This document shows positions 20,601-30,266 of a stretch of DNA of 37,607 nucleotides, in pieces (position 1 is the first letter of the stretch; each line of letters starts with the position of its first letter). The DNA comes from Bacteroidota bacterium. GTDB lineage: Bacteria > Bacteroidota > Bacteroidia > UKL13-3. A model generated the notes under the pieces. It was not told the DNA's origin. It searched no databases and worked only from the letters and a program-made list of their open reading frames with translations. The DNA lies in assembly GCA_010027395.1 (NCBI GenBank), contig RGVD01000001.1, positions 1-37,607 on the forward strand. Direction: 5' to 3'. The translations under genes were made by a program, and so were the position numbers.

Positions 20601-22664
20601 CCTTTTAATATAGATGCAAAATTTGAAGACAGGTGGTATGGCAGAGGAATTGATTCGGTAATTAATGGTATAAAAGTAATTGGTACTATTAATGAGTATT
20701 TCTTCAATCCTCAAAGGGCTGATGTTAGAAAAGCAAATCCTAAAGATACCAATATTATTACCTATGAGTTTACTAAGTTATATGAAAGTCCTTCAGGTTA
20801 TGTTGTGCAATTACCAGCTTCAGTGGGTCCAGCTGTGGCAGGCCCAGCAGATGGTTGTCCATGTAAGGATACTATTATTTTTGAAGTAGTAAAAACACCT
20901 AAAGTATCTGTTTCTGCGGGCAAACCAGTTTGTAAAAGTGATTTGCCAATTAATTTAAATGTACAATTTAATGCAAAAACTGAAGCTCTCGACCCAACCA
21001 CAACCAAATGGTCTTTTGCTCCGCCTAATCAAAAACTAAAGGCCATACTTGCTCCGGATTCCAATATGTTTGATCCAAGAAGTTCGGATATTGTGGTTGC
21101 TGTTGGTGCCCAAGCTACTTACAAACTAAATTATACTGATGTATCAACAGGTTGTATAGCCACCACTAGCGCCAATATTACGGTAAACGGTCCTCCTCAA
21201 GTAAAATTATCATTGAATGATCCAGCACAAAATATAGTTTGTCAATCAGAAGGAAAAGTTTTAATTGATATGCAACCAACTCCTGCAAGTTATTCGGGAG
21301 GAACCTCTGTTGGAACTTATACAGGTGAAGATGTGAATAAACCTATACCTATCTTATTATCTTCACTTTCATTAGATGCATCTAAAACCCAAATGGAATT
21401 TAATATGTCTGACCCTGAAGTGAAGGAGACAACTTATAAGTTCAGGTACACCTATGCAAACAGTCTTGGCTGTATAAATTCTGATTCTCTTACCATTGAT
21501 GTGCAAGCCCCACCTCAAATCACCATTTTCGATGATATTTCAGTTTGTTCTTATGATACAAAATTGAACCTTACAACTCAGTTTATACCTCGCTTGCCTT
21601 ATGGAATGGAATGGAATACAAATGGTACAGGAACTATTGCTGATGATAAGGCTCCAAATACTACTTACACAATTACGCCAGATGATATAGCTCAAGGAGG
21701 CATTACTTTTACTGCCAATAGTACCATTTCTCTTCCTAATAGAGAATGTGCCGCGGCCACTGATGCTGCTACTGTTACGATTAATCCAAAACCAAAAGCA
21801 AGTTTTATATGTACAAGTTGTTCAGGATGTGTTAATCCTAGACAAAATCTTGTATTAAAACCTGTTTATCAAGCAGGCGATCCGGGATTAAATAATACCC
21901 AATATTTCTGGTATATTGATGGAAATTTGGACGCTTCAATGAACACGCCTACTGATATTTACGTGAATTCTTCCTTAACGCAAACCTACACTACAGCTGG
22001 TAATCATAAAGTGTTTCTTATAGTAAGTAGTGAAAAAGGTTGTGTAGACACTGCCACTTCTCAGACTGTGGAAGCTTATGCAACACCATTGCCGCAGTTT
22101 GAGCCAATGCCAAGGGTTAGAACAATTGCTAATCCTCGTTTCAATTTCAACAATAGCACTTCATTTGGTTCGCCATTAACTTATTTATGGAATTTAGGAA
22201 ATGACCCTAGTACAAAATTGCCTAGAACATCAACTGAAATTAGTCCTCAAAATGTAAAATTTGCTCCAGAGTTATCTGCGATTAGAGTTTATCTTCGTGC
22301 AACCAGTGACAAAGGTTGTAGTGATACTGTAAGTGATGAGATTAGAATTAATCCTGATATTACAGTGTTTGTGCCAACTGTGTTTTCTCCAAGTTCAACC
22401 TTAAATGATCCAAATTGTTCTGGAGATTGTAACAGGTCGTTTAAAGTGGTGGCTGACGGTTTCGAAAGTATAGAGATTTTTGTTTTTAATCGTTGGGGAC
22501 AGAAAGTTTTCGAAACAAGAGATGTAAATGTGGGTTGGAATGGAACAATTTCGAACAACAATACAGACATGTGCCCACAAGATGCTTATATTTATCAAGT
22601 AAATGCAACCAGCTTTAGTGGTAAAACTTATCAGTATAGTGGTTCGATTACCCTACTTAGATAG
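17676..22664 (+). CDS. Very large Cys-rich secreted adhesin-like protein with a T9SS type-B (gliding-motility-associated, CHU_C) C-terminal sorting domain
   Basis: 1662 aa with a signal peptide (..LLLLPFFLAMPKANA/SH). The N-terminal domain is Cys-rich. Ig/PKD-like modules are present (e.g. YFWYIDGN...TYTTAGNHKVFLIVSSEKGC). The C-terminus is VFVPTVFSP...IEIFVFNRWGQKVFE...GWNG...DAYIYQV...GSITLLR, the type-B CTD signature. A TATTTTTG (-7-like) motif lies at 17648-17655. Confidence 0.85.
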   Translation: MKNKYISYMQKHLIKLLLLLPFFLAMPKANASHLTGGDMSYECLGGGQYRITFKVYRDCQGIPMCNCPGMAGCSLIGVSVTGADPSCAGVSFGNITMTVQPSNVSGFDVIQLCRSATTICTNCGTRTPGSYTPGIEVYTFTGTVNLNSVAPASCCNVTVGWSDCCRNNAITNLQNPSSLSYFVGATINRCVCSSAPTFTNDPVALVCAGQEFTYNLGAVDPDGDSLSYAFGSSQTAANTSAPYKTPFNATTYPFPYSGAPLINQPPPFGLNIDPVTGDVRFMPVQNFVSNFVIEVTQWKYLPGGAPYKVGVTRRDIQFYCKADCPPNNPPKFITYKETGEFIDSKNVTTVPTPNPIPGNYSPKISWSVCAKSQLCFIIEARDDEETQDTTDMAWNSPSNIVNNGIATFQPTYPRYVYPNSNDHIGVIKYDRWKFCWTPNVTAYTPTMRPYYFSVSARDRACPVPARTFKTFAITVNQTPDATIAVDYFKCGTYRFKYTVTPATANVTLNDAYTRWYVETDPGSGNYVEKMPDASNKFTMTTTFKKGGKYNVYMRLSSMPPPAPSGCPNDKIPFVVTVPDPVSVDPPAAAYNCFGSSVKVNSNGHFGLPGANRFEYFQLVGTTYTSVRGKSFDSTATITPPTSSNPPYNTSYMVKITEPTQNCVDSAFFTIATKPLPSKDLFPEIRICQSTDTTFWADGANKTTPANSFYKWYKYVKIGGVRDTFPFTPSKTPVSANSLPVTYKDSGDFMLIKTDAFGCKVVDKTTLDVNSFPIKGGAGQNACLNDPPLVMEAVVPVGATVSNIRWYEVNTPSVTLSTTTSFTIPTNVLGKKKYVISSNTVFAGVACPASDTITAEISAQPILNPITPYTICNNVPSVYFPKITSSNKFIGNVVWSYPLFPAAISGNQFNVSKIPTPPSTNTAYGDYIDLLAYDTFGCTVAGKMLVAIFPAPIVTVGPQKIICDYDKPFSLRPMSAPFNIDAKFEDRWYGRGIDSVINGIKVIGTINEYFFNPQRADVRKANPKDTNIITYEFTKLYESPSGYVVQLPASVGPAVAGPADGCPCKDTIIFEVVKTPKVSVSAGKPVCKSDLPINLNVQFNAKTEALDPTTTKWSFAPPNQKLKAILAPDSNMFDPRSSDIVVAVGAQATYKLNYTDVSTGCIATTSANITVNGPPQVKLSLNDPAQNIVCQSEGKVLIDMQPTPASYSGGTSVGTYTGEDVNKPIPILLSSLSLDASKTQMEFNMSDPEVKETTYKFRYTYANSLGCINSDSLTIDVQAPPQITIFDDISVCSYDTKLNLTTQFIPRLPYGMEWNTNGTGTIADDKAPNTTYTITPDDIAQGGITFTANSTISLPNRECAAATDAATVTINPKPKASFICTSCSGCVNPRQNLVLKPVYQAGDPGLNNTQYFWYIDGNLDASMNTPTDIYVNSSLTQTYTTAGNHKVFLIVSSEKGCVDTATSQTVEAYATPLPQFEPMPRVRTIANPRFNFNNSTSFGSPLTYLWNLGNDPSTKLPRTSTEISPQNVKFAPELSAIRVYLRATSDKGCSDTVSDEIRINPDITVFVPTVFSPSSTLNDPNCSGDCNRSFKVVADGFESIEIFVFNRWGQKVFETRDVNVGWNGTISNNNTDMCPQDAYIYQVNATSFSGKTYQYSGSITLLR

Positions 22665-22684
22665 TACGATTTAAACTACATTGA

Positions 22685-22719
22685 GAAGCCATATCTGTAA
22701 AAAGATATGGCTTCTTTTG
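22685..22719 (+). terminator. Intrinsic terminator after the adhesin gene
   Basis: 12-bp stem GAAGCCATATCT (22685-22696) / AGATATGGCTTC (22703-22714), followed by TTTTG. Confidence 0.75.
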
Positions 22720-22768
22720 TTTGGTAATGCTTGCTTTTTAATATACTTGCACATCAAAATTTATTTTT

Positions 22769-23476
22769 ATGAAATATAAACGCGTGCTTCTTAAACTTAG
22801 TGGTGAAGCCCTTATGGGTGAAAAAAGCTATGGTATCGACCCGAAAATTCTTGAGCAATATGCGAGGGATGTAAAAAAGGTAATAGACCAAGGGGTGCAA
22901 GTAGCAGTTGTTATAGGTGGTGGAAATATTTTCAGAGGAGTTCAAGGTGTAAGTGGTGGCATAGTGGATAGGGCCCAAGGAGATTATATGGGTATGCTTG
23001 CCACTGTTATTAACGCCATGGCACTTCAAGGTGCTTTTGAAAAATATGGTATGAAAACACGTTTGCTTTCTGCCATTAAAATGGAGCAAATATGTGAACC
23101 ATTTATTAGAAGGCGTGCCATGAGACATTTGGAAAAAGGTCGAATTGTTATTTTTGGAGCAGGTACAGGAAATCCTTATTTTACAACAGATTCAGCCGCT
23201 TCGTTGCGCGCTGTAGAGATAGAAGCGGATTTGGTTTTAAAAGGCACTCGTGTAGATGGTATTTACACCGCTGATCCAGAGAAAGACCCAAATGCTAGAC
23301 GCTTTGATAAAATTAGTTTTTCTGAAGTATATGAAAGAGGATTAAATGTGATGGATTTAACAGCCATAACGTTATGCCAAGAAAACAACTTACCTATTGT
23401 TGTTTTTGATATGAACAAAGAAGGTAATTTCCTCCGTGTTTGTGAGGGTGAAGACGTTGGAACTTTAGTCTGCTAA
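22769..23476 (+). CDS. pyrH: UMP kinase
   Basis: 235 aa with [42 protein letters not shown] and GVYTADP-like GIYTADP. Confidence 0.95.
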   Translation: MKYKRVLLKLSGEALMGEKSYGIDPKILEQYARDVKKVIDQGVQVAVVIGGGNIFRGVQGVSGGIVDRAQGDYMGMLATVINAMALQGAFEKYGMKTRLLSAIKMEQICEPFIRRRAMRHLEKGRIVIFGAGTGNPYFTTDSAASLRAVEIEADLVLKGTRVDGIYTADPEKDPNARRFDKISFSEVYERGLNVMDLTAITLCQENNLPIVVFDMNKEGNFLRVCEGEDVGTLVC

Positions 23477-23577
23477 TTAGGACTTCCGTTTATGTATTAT
23501 TTAGTTTCGATAAATTTATTGCCTTCTGCTTTGGATGGTAAAATTTTATAAATTACACCAATTTTAAATCAAATTCA

Positions 23578-26052
23578 ATGAACAATTCATTCATCAAAAA
23601 AGCCACTCCACATTTAATAGCTTTAGGCGCCATATTAATTGTAATTGCAGTTTATTTTATGCCTATGTTGGGCGGGAAAGTTCTTAAGCAATATGATGTG
23701 CTGCAATGGAAGGCAACTTACCAAGAGATTGCCGATTTTGAGCAACGCACCGGAGAAAGAACTTTTTGGACCAATAGTATTTTTGGGGGTATGCCAACCT
23801 ATTTGATTGGAGCATCTTACAAAGGAAATTTTACCGCTAACATTAGCTTCTATTTATCTAGCGTGCTCAAAAATCCTGCGGATACCATCTTTTTACTTTA
23901 TATCTGTTTTTATATACTGTTAATTAGCTTTGATGTTGCCCCAATGTTGGCCATTGTGGGCTCCTTAGCATTTGCTTTATCCAGCTTTAATTTTATAAAT
24001 TTAGATGCTGGGCATATAACCAAAGGAAATGCTATCGCTTTTATACCGCTCGTAATGGCTGGAATTAATATTTGTCTTAGGAAAAATAGACTGCTAGGTG
24101 CAGCATTAACTGGTATTGCAGTATCTTTTGAATTGGCTGCAGGCCATGTGCAGATAACCTATTATCTTATTTTTATAATTCTGGCTTGGGTCATAACTGA
24201 ATTTATTATTGCAATAAAATCAGGAAAATTACCTCATTTATTAATTTGTGGTTTGTATTTGGCTATTGCTGCTGCTATTGGCATTGGAACAAATATTACA
24301 GGTTTGCTTGCCACCGAAGAATATGGAAAATACAGTATTAGAGCTAAATCAGAATTAACCAAAACTGTTGGTGGCGAAAGTAATTCTGCCAATTCATCAG
24401 ATGGATTAGATAAAGATTATGCTTTAAGTTGGAGCAATGGAGTGGCCGAACCATTTACCTTAATGATTGCTAATTTTTATGGTGGAGCTTCAAGCGGTGA
24501 ATTATCAACTTCAAGTGAATCATATAAGGTTCTTAAAGAAAATGGAATTCCTAATCCAAAAGAGGCAATAAAACAATTGCCTGTATATTGGGGTGATCAA
24601 CCTTTTACAGCCGGTCCTATATATTATGGCAGCATCATTGTCTTTCTATTTGTATTTGGTATGTTTTTATTAAAAGGGTCTGAGAAATGGTGGATTTTCG
24701 CTGTAGCCATGATAGCTATATTCTTATCAATGGGTAAGAATTTCATGACTTTTACTGATTTATTTTTTAATTATTTTCCGTTATACAATAAGTTCCGTTC
24801 AGTTACCTTCATTCTTTGTATAGCCCAAGTAATGTTCCCTCTCCTAGCCATTCTTGCCATAAGAGATGCGAGCAATGGAACTAGAAAAAAGGAAGACATC
24901 TTGAAAGCCTTGAAATATTCAATGTATGTGGTAGGCGGAATTTGTTTGGTTTTTGCCATCATACCAGGAATGTTCTTCGATTTTACTTCTTTAAGTGATG
25001 AGAGAATGAGACAAAATTTCCCAGCTTTGGTTGATGCACTCGTAAAGGATAGAGAAAGTATGTTGCGAATAGATGCCATGCGCTCTCTTTTATTTATAGC
25101 AGCAGCTTTTGGTTTAATTTGGTATTCATTAGGCGAAAAATTGAAAAAGGAATATTTTATAATAGCACTTGGTCTAATTGTTACAATTGATTTGTGGCAA
25201 GTTGATAAGCGTTATTTAAATGATGGTGATTTTGAAAAGAAAAAAGCAGAAGCTGCAGTTGCTAAAACACCTTATGACGAAGTAATCTTACAAGATAAAG
25301 ACCCACATTACAGGGTTTTTAATACCACTACTGATTTTGATAAAGATGCCATTACGGCCTATTACCACAAATCTATTGGAGGGTATCATGGTGCCAAAAT
25401 GCGCAGGTACCAAGAGTTGATTGAATGGCAATTGGGCAGAAACAATATGGAGTGTGTTAATATGCTTAACGTGAAATATTTCATAGTAGCAGATAGCAGC
25501 AACCAAAAATACGTTCAGCAAAATCCATTTACCAATGGTAATGCTTGGTTTGTAAAGGACTATAAAATCGTTAACAATGCAGACGAAGAAATAGTGGCTT
25601 TAAATGAAGATAGGTCTAACCCTAATGCAGGCTTTAAATCAAAGCAAATAGCCATCATAGATAAGAGATTTGAGTCTGAGGTTAAAGGTTTAACTATACA
25701 GTATGACACTGCGGCAAGTATTGTTCTTACTAGCTATGCGCCTAATAAGCTTGCCTATCAAAGTAATGCAAGCAGCGCTCAATTGGCAATATTTTCTGAG
25801 ATATATTACGACAAAGGTTGGGATGCTTATATCGATGGTCAGTCAGTCTCTCACTTCCGAGCAGATTATGTATTAAGAGCAATGGCAGTGCCTGCTGGAA
25901 AACATACCATCGAATTTAAGTTTGAGCCTAAAACAATTGTTTTGGGTGAAAAAATTGCTTTAGCTAGTTCAGCCATACTGTATGGTTCTTTGATTATTAT
26001 TTTAGGATTGAGTTTCTTTAAATCCAAAAAAGAAAAATCAACCGACCAATAA
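23578..26052 (+). CDS. YfhO-family polytopic membrane protein (putative glycosyl-transfer/lipid-linked glycan function)
   Basis: 824 aa with many TM helices. The N-terminal block LGGKVLKQYDVLQWKATYQEIADFEQRTGERTFWTNSIFGGMPTY matches what I recall for Bacteroidota YfhO-family proteins. Confidence 0.75.
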   Translation: MNNSFIKKATPHLIALGAILIVIAVYFMPMLGGKVLKQYDVLQWKATYQEIADFEQRTGERTFWTNSIFGGMPTYLIGASYKGNFTANISFYLSSVLKNPADTIFLLYICFYILLISFDVAPMLAIVGSLAFALSSFNFINLDAGHITKGNAIAFIPLVMAGINICLRKNRLLGAALTGIAVSFELAAGHVQITYYLIFIILAWVITEFIIAIKSGKLPHLLICGLYLAIAAAIGIGTNITGLLATEEYGKYSIRAKSELTKTVGGESNSANSSDGLDKDYALSWSNGVAEPFTLMIANFYGGASSGELSTSSESYKVLKENGIPNPKEAIKQLPVYWGDQPFTAGPIYYGSIIVFLFVFGMFLLKGSEKWWIFAVAMIAIFLSMGKNFMTFTDLFFNYFPLYNKFRSVTFILCIAQVMFPLLAILAIRDASNGTRKKEDILKALKYSMYVVGGICLVFAIIPGMFFDFTSLSDERMRQNFPALVDALVKDRESMLRIDAMRSLLFIAAAFGLIWYSLGEKLKKEYFIIALGLIVTIDLWQVDKRYLNDGDFEKKKAEAAVAKTPYDEVILQDKDPHYRVFNTTTDFDKDAITAYYHKSIGGYHGAKMRRYQELIEWQLGRNNMECVNMLNVKYFIVADSSNQKYVQQNPFTNGNAWFVKDYKIVNNADEEIVALNEDRSNPNAGFKSKQIAIIDKRFESEVKGLTIQYDTAASIVLTSYAPNKLAYQSNASSAQLAIFSEIYYDKGWDAYIDGQSVSHFRADYVLRAMAVPAGKHTIEFKFEPKTIVLGEKIALASSAILYGSLIIILGLSFFKSKKEKSTDQ

Positions 26053-26129
26053 TCGGACTAAATATTTTTTTACTTCCAAATATGAGTGCCATTCTGTCAA
26101 TGGCTTAATTTTTGGTAATTTCGAGTCAC

Positions 26130-26633
26130 ATGAGTACTTTACATCAATTGCCAGCACATTCACGTGTTTGGGTGTATGCTTCAGATAAACCTTTATGTTC
26201 ATCAATTTGTTATCAAATCAAATCGGAAGCAAAGCAATTTGCTGCTGAATGGATTTCTCACCAAAATCCTGTTAAGGCTGAAGCGGATGTGTTGTATAGT
26301 ACCTTTATCGTTTTTATGGTAGACGAAACTATGAATGAAGTAGGCGGCTGTAGCATTGACAAATCTTTTCAATTTGTCAAACAATTGGAAAAAAAATATG
26401 AACTCAATTTTTTTGACAGATTGAAAGTGCAACTATTATGGGAGGATGGAAGCGTTGCTTCAGTTAATAAATCTGAATTGCAAAGTCTTTATAATGAAGG
26501 TAAAATTAATGAATTAACAAAATCCTTCAACAATACTATTACCAATAAACATGAGTTTGATGCTAAATGGATCATCCCTTTAAAAGACCTTTGGATTTAC
26601 AAATCACTCAAACCATCACAAATTAGTATTTAA
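26130..26633 (+). CDS. Conserved hypothetical protein (family often mislabelled 'ABC transporter ATPase' in Flavobacteriia)
   Basis: The track ORF is 26112..26633 (TTG start); ATG 26130 (MSTLHQL) is preferred. SRVWVYASDKPL ... GGCSIDKSFQFVKQLEKKYELNFFDR resembles a small conserved Bacteroidota family, from memory. It has no catalytic motif. Confidence 0.6.
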   Translation: MSTLHQLPAHSRVWVYASDKPLCSSICYQIKSEAKQFAAEWISHQNPVKAEADVLYSTFIVFMVDETMNEVGGCSIDKSFQFVKQLEKKYELNFFDRLKVQLLWEDGSVASVNKSELQSLYNEGKINELTKSFNNTITNKHEFDAKWIIPLKDLWIYKSLKPSQISI

Positions 26634-26693
26634 GATACAGAAACAATTTGTAGATTTGAGACTTAACAATAATATAAACACTAAACAATATAA

Positions 26694-28761
26694 ATGGCAA
26701 ATAATAATATAAACTCTAACGACTTATTGCCTGAAGAGAAACAGAATAAAAATCGTAAACCCAAAGGCCCTAATTTGCCAAAGTTCAATTTTTATTGGAT
26801 TTATGGAATTGTAGCAGTGGCATTTTTGGCCATACAGTTTATGCCCCATGATGTAGCCATTAAAACCACTTGGTTTGATGTGAAAAATGATATGCTACTC
26901 AGCCATGATGTGCAAAAAATCACTGTGGTTAACAAAGAGCGTGCTGAGATTTATCTCAAAAAAGAGGCACTAAAAAATGAAAAATACAAAGGACTTAAAG
27001 ACCGAGGTATTTTTGGTGACGAAATAGGTCCTCATTATTATTTCGAAATTGGAGATGTTCAACAATTTGCGGATGATTTGCGTGAATCAGAAAAGACATT
27101 TCCTGAAAATGAAAGGGTTTCTGTGGAGTACATTACCCAAAGAAATTATTTCAGCGATATTCTAATAAGTATTTTACCTTTTGTATTATTGATTGGGGTT
27201 TGGATGTTCTTCATGCGCAGAATGGGCGGTGGATCAGGTGGGTCTGGTGGAGGACAAATATTTAACATAGGTAAATCAAGAGCTCAATTGTTCGATAAAG
27301 AAGCCAATGTGAAAATTACTTTCAAAGATGTTGCAGGATTAGATGAAGCAAAAGTGGAAGTAATGGAAATTGTGGACTTTCTCAAAAACCCTAAAAAATA
27401 TACAACACTGGGAGGTAAAATACCTAAAGGTGCTTTATTAATTGGCCCTCCAGGTACCGGAAAAACATTGCTAGCAAAAGCAGTTGCAGGTGAAGCCGGT
27501 GTTCCTTTCTTCTCTTTGTCAGGTTCTGATTTTGTAGAGATGTTCGTAGGAGTGGGTGCTAGCCGTGTGCGTGATTTGTTCCGTCAGGCAAAAGAAAAAG
27601 CCCCATGTATCATCTTTATTGACGAAATTGATGCAGTAGGACGTGCTCGTGGAAAAGGTGCTATACAAGGAGGCAATGATGAAAGAGAAAATACATTAAA
27701 CCAATTATTGACTGAAATGGATGGATTTGCCACCGATATTGGGGTAATTACCAGATATTTTAGATTCTGCATTAATGCGTCCAGGTAGGTTTGATAGGCA
27801 AATATCTATTGATAAACCTGATTTGAAAGGACGTGCAGCTATTTTTAAGGTGCATCTAAAACCGATCAAAACGGATGAAGGTTCAGTAGACGAGAAAAAA
27901 TTAGCCACTCAAACTGCCGGTTTTGCTGGTGCAGAAATTATGAACGTTTGTAACGAAGCGGCCTTAATAGCAGCACGAAAGAATAAAGACAAGGTGGATA
28001 TGCAGGATTTTCAGGATGCTATTGATCGCGTGATAGGTGGATTGGAAAAGAAGAATAAAATTATTTCACCAGAGGAAAAAGAAATTATTGCTTACCATGA
28101 AAGTGGTCATGCTATTGCAGGTTGGTTCCTAGAACATGTTGATCCGTTAGTTAAAGTATCCATCGTACCTAGAGGTGTGGCTGCTCTTGGTTATGCGCAA
28201 TATTTACCTAAAGATCAATATTTGTATACCATCGAGCAACTAACCAATATGATGATGATGACGCTTGGCGGTAGGGTAGCAGAGGATATCATTTTTGGTA
28301 GAATTTCTACAGGTGCACAAAACGATTTGGAGCGTGTAACGCGTATGAGTTACGCTATGGTTACCATCTACGGTATGAATGCCAAAGTAGGAAACGTTAG
28401 CTTCAACGATCCAAATAACGAATATGGTTTTACGAAACCTTATAGCGATAAAACAGCTGAGATGATTGACAATGAAGTTAGATTATTCATTGAAAATTGT
28501 TACCAAAAAACAAAGCAACTTTTAATTGAGAAGCGCGATTTATTAGAAAAATTGGCTCAAATTTTACTTAAAAAGGAAATCCTTTTCCAACAAGATTTGG
28601 AAGAAATATTAGGCAAACGTCCCTATGAAATAAAGAACCACGAGGTTGCTGGCATGGAAGAGCAGTACAGATTAGAGGAGGAGGCTAAAATGGCTGAATC
28701 TAAAGCACTATCAGAAACCCAAGAAGCAGTAACAAATACTGATTCTGACATAGCTTCTTAA
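26694..28761 (+). pseudogene. ftsH: ATP-dependent zinc metalloprotease FtsH, interrupted by a ~20-nt gap and frameshift in the AAA+ module
   Basis: Fragment 1 is 26694..27788: two TM helices, Walker A GPPGTGKT, Walker B IIFIDEID, ...[17 protein letters not shown], then nonsense. Fragment 2 is 27775..28761; its frame actually opens with [18 protein letters not shown] from ~27751, and it has the Zn site HESGHA. A -7-like TAGATTTG lies at 26651-26658. Confidence 0.9.
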
Positions 28762-28779
28762 GAAGTAAATTTTATATTT

Positions 28780-28825
28780 AGCCATAGATTACAAATCATT
28801 TTGTAATCTATGGCTTTCTTTTTTA
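28780..28825 (+). terminator. Intrinsic terminator after ftsH
   Basis: Perfect 16-bp stem AGCCATAGATTACAAA (28780-28795) / TTTGTAATCTATGGCT (28800-28815), followed by TTCTTTTTT. Confidence 0.8.
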
Positions 28826-28837
28826 CATTGCGATTGA

Positions 28838-29512
28838 GTGGATCAAATAACTAGCAAAGAAAAGATACTTAAAAAAGTAAGGCTTGCTCTAAATTTTAAG
28901 CAAAAAAACCCTTATTTAAACATTGATTTAGAAAGCAATGTATTTGCTCCTTTGCCCAATAATGAAAGCTTAGTAGAGAGTTTTGCTCGCAATTTTACCA
29001 GCCATGATGGATTGTTCATTGCTTGTGATAACCAGTTTGATTTTATAGATAAACTTCTTATCCTTATAGAGCAGCGTAGATGGAAGTTTATGTTTTGCTG
29101 GGAAGACGACTTGCAAAAAAAATTGAAAGATGTAACTATTCCATTTGTTGAGCGTAAAGAGCAATTAGAGAAAATACAAGCTTCCATTACTAGCTGCGAG
29201 GCTGCTATCGCTCGTTCTGGCTCTGTGTTGGTTAGTTCTGCTAAAAATTCGCGTGTGCTCACTATTTGGCCTCCCGTTCACATTGTTGTGGCCTATAAAT
29301 CCCAAGTGGTTTCTGATGTTAAGGATGCCTTTACCATTATTCGAAATAATTATGGTAGAAACAGTCCATCTATGCTGAGTTTTATATCAGGTCCCAGCAG
29401 AACAACAGATATTCCAACAGATAGACCAATTGATCAAAGCAATGTTGTCATTGGAGCTCAAGGTCCCAATGAAATGATTTTGTTTTTAATTGACGATAGT
29501 AAAAAAGACTAA
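28838..29512 (+). CDS. LUD-domain protein (LutC/YkgG-like)
   Basis: 224 aa with a GTG start. EKILKKVRLAL at the N-terminus and ...SCEAAIARSGSVLVSS...HIVVAY...SGPSRTTDI are consistent with the LUD fold family. Assignment is from memory. Confidence 0.65.
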   Translation: MDQITSKEKILKKVRLALNFKQKNPYLNIDLESNVFAPLPNNESLVESFARNFTSHDGLFIACDNQFDFIDKLLILIEQRRWKFMFCWEDDLQKKLKDVTIPFVERKEQLEKIQASITSCEAAIARSGSVLVSSAKNSRVLTIWPPVHIVVAYKSQVVSDVKDAFTIIRNNYGRNSPSMLSFISGPSRTTDIPTDRPIDQSNVVIGAQGPNEMILFLIDDSKKD

Positions 29513-30266
29513 TTTGACAGCTCCTGCTAAACATATTTATTTCGCTTCTGATTTTCATTTAGGCATTCCTGATAAGGTAATTAGTCTAAACCGTGAGAAG
29601 CGAATTATTAGGTGGTTAGAAAGCATTAAAAGCAATTGTGCCGAACTTTATATTGTTGGAGATATTTTTGATTTTTGGTTTGAGTATAAAACAGTTGTTC
29701 CAAAGGGATTTGTTCGTATTCAGGCAAAGTTTGCAGAATTTGTAGACTCGGGAATTCCTGTCTATTTTTTTCATGGCAACCATGATTTATGGCAATTTGG
29801 ATATTTTGAAGAAGAGTTAGGTGTCAAGATTTTAAGTAAGCCAATTATCAAAGAGTTTTCGGGTAAGAAATTTTACATTGGACATGGCGATGGACTCGGT
29901 CCTAATCAATGGAAATTCAAATTTATTTTAGGTGTTTATCGCAATTACTTTTTTCAAAGATTGTTTGCCTTTTTGCATCCTAATATTGGGATAGGAACTG
30001 CCAATTGGTTTAGTCAGAAAAGCAAAGAGAAAACCTTCGATGGCAACTTTACTTTTTATGAAGAAAAGGAACATTTGATTCAACATTGCCGCTCCGTATT
30101 AGAGTTGGAAAACATTGATTTTTTTGTATTTGGACACAGACATTTACCTATGATCTATGACTTAAATGCATATTCGAAATATATCAATTTAGGTGATTGG
30201 ATTGGATACAATTCATACGCAGTTTTTGATGGACATAAAATGGAATTGAAAACCTTTGAAGGATGA
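29490..30266 (+). CDS. lpxH: UDP-2,3-diacylglucosamine diphosphatase (LpxH-type metallophosphoesterase)
   Basis: Calcineurin-like motifs are in order: YFASDFHLG, VGDIFDFW, GNHDLW, IGHGD, GHRH. No in-frame ATG is available. Candidate starts are TTG 29490 (overlapping the LUD gene) or TTG 29514. Confidence 0.8.
   Translation: MTIVKKTNLTAPAKHIYFASDFHLGIPDKVISLNREKRIIRWLESIKSNCAELYIVGDIFDFWFEYKTVVPKGFVRIQAKFAEFVDSGIPVYFFHGNHDLWQFGYFEEELGVKILSKPIIKEFSGKKFYIGHGDGLGPNQWKFKFILGVYRNYFFQRLFAFLHPNIGIGTANWFSQKSKEKTFDGNFTFYEEKEHLIQHCRSVLELENIDFFVFGHRHLPMIYDLNAYSKYINLGDWIGYNSYAVFDGHKMELKTFEG

Noticed and set aside
22769-23476. pyrH is not followed by frr and is separated from tsf (8 kb away on the opposite strand)
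   Set aside because: Loss of the rpsB-tsf-pyrH-frr linkage is common outside Proteobacteria and Firmicutes, so it is not informative on its own.
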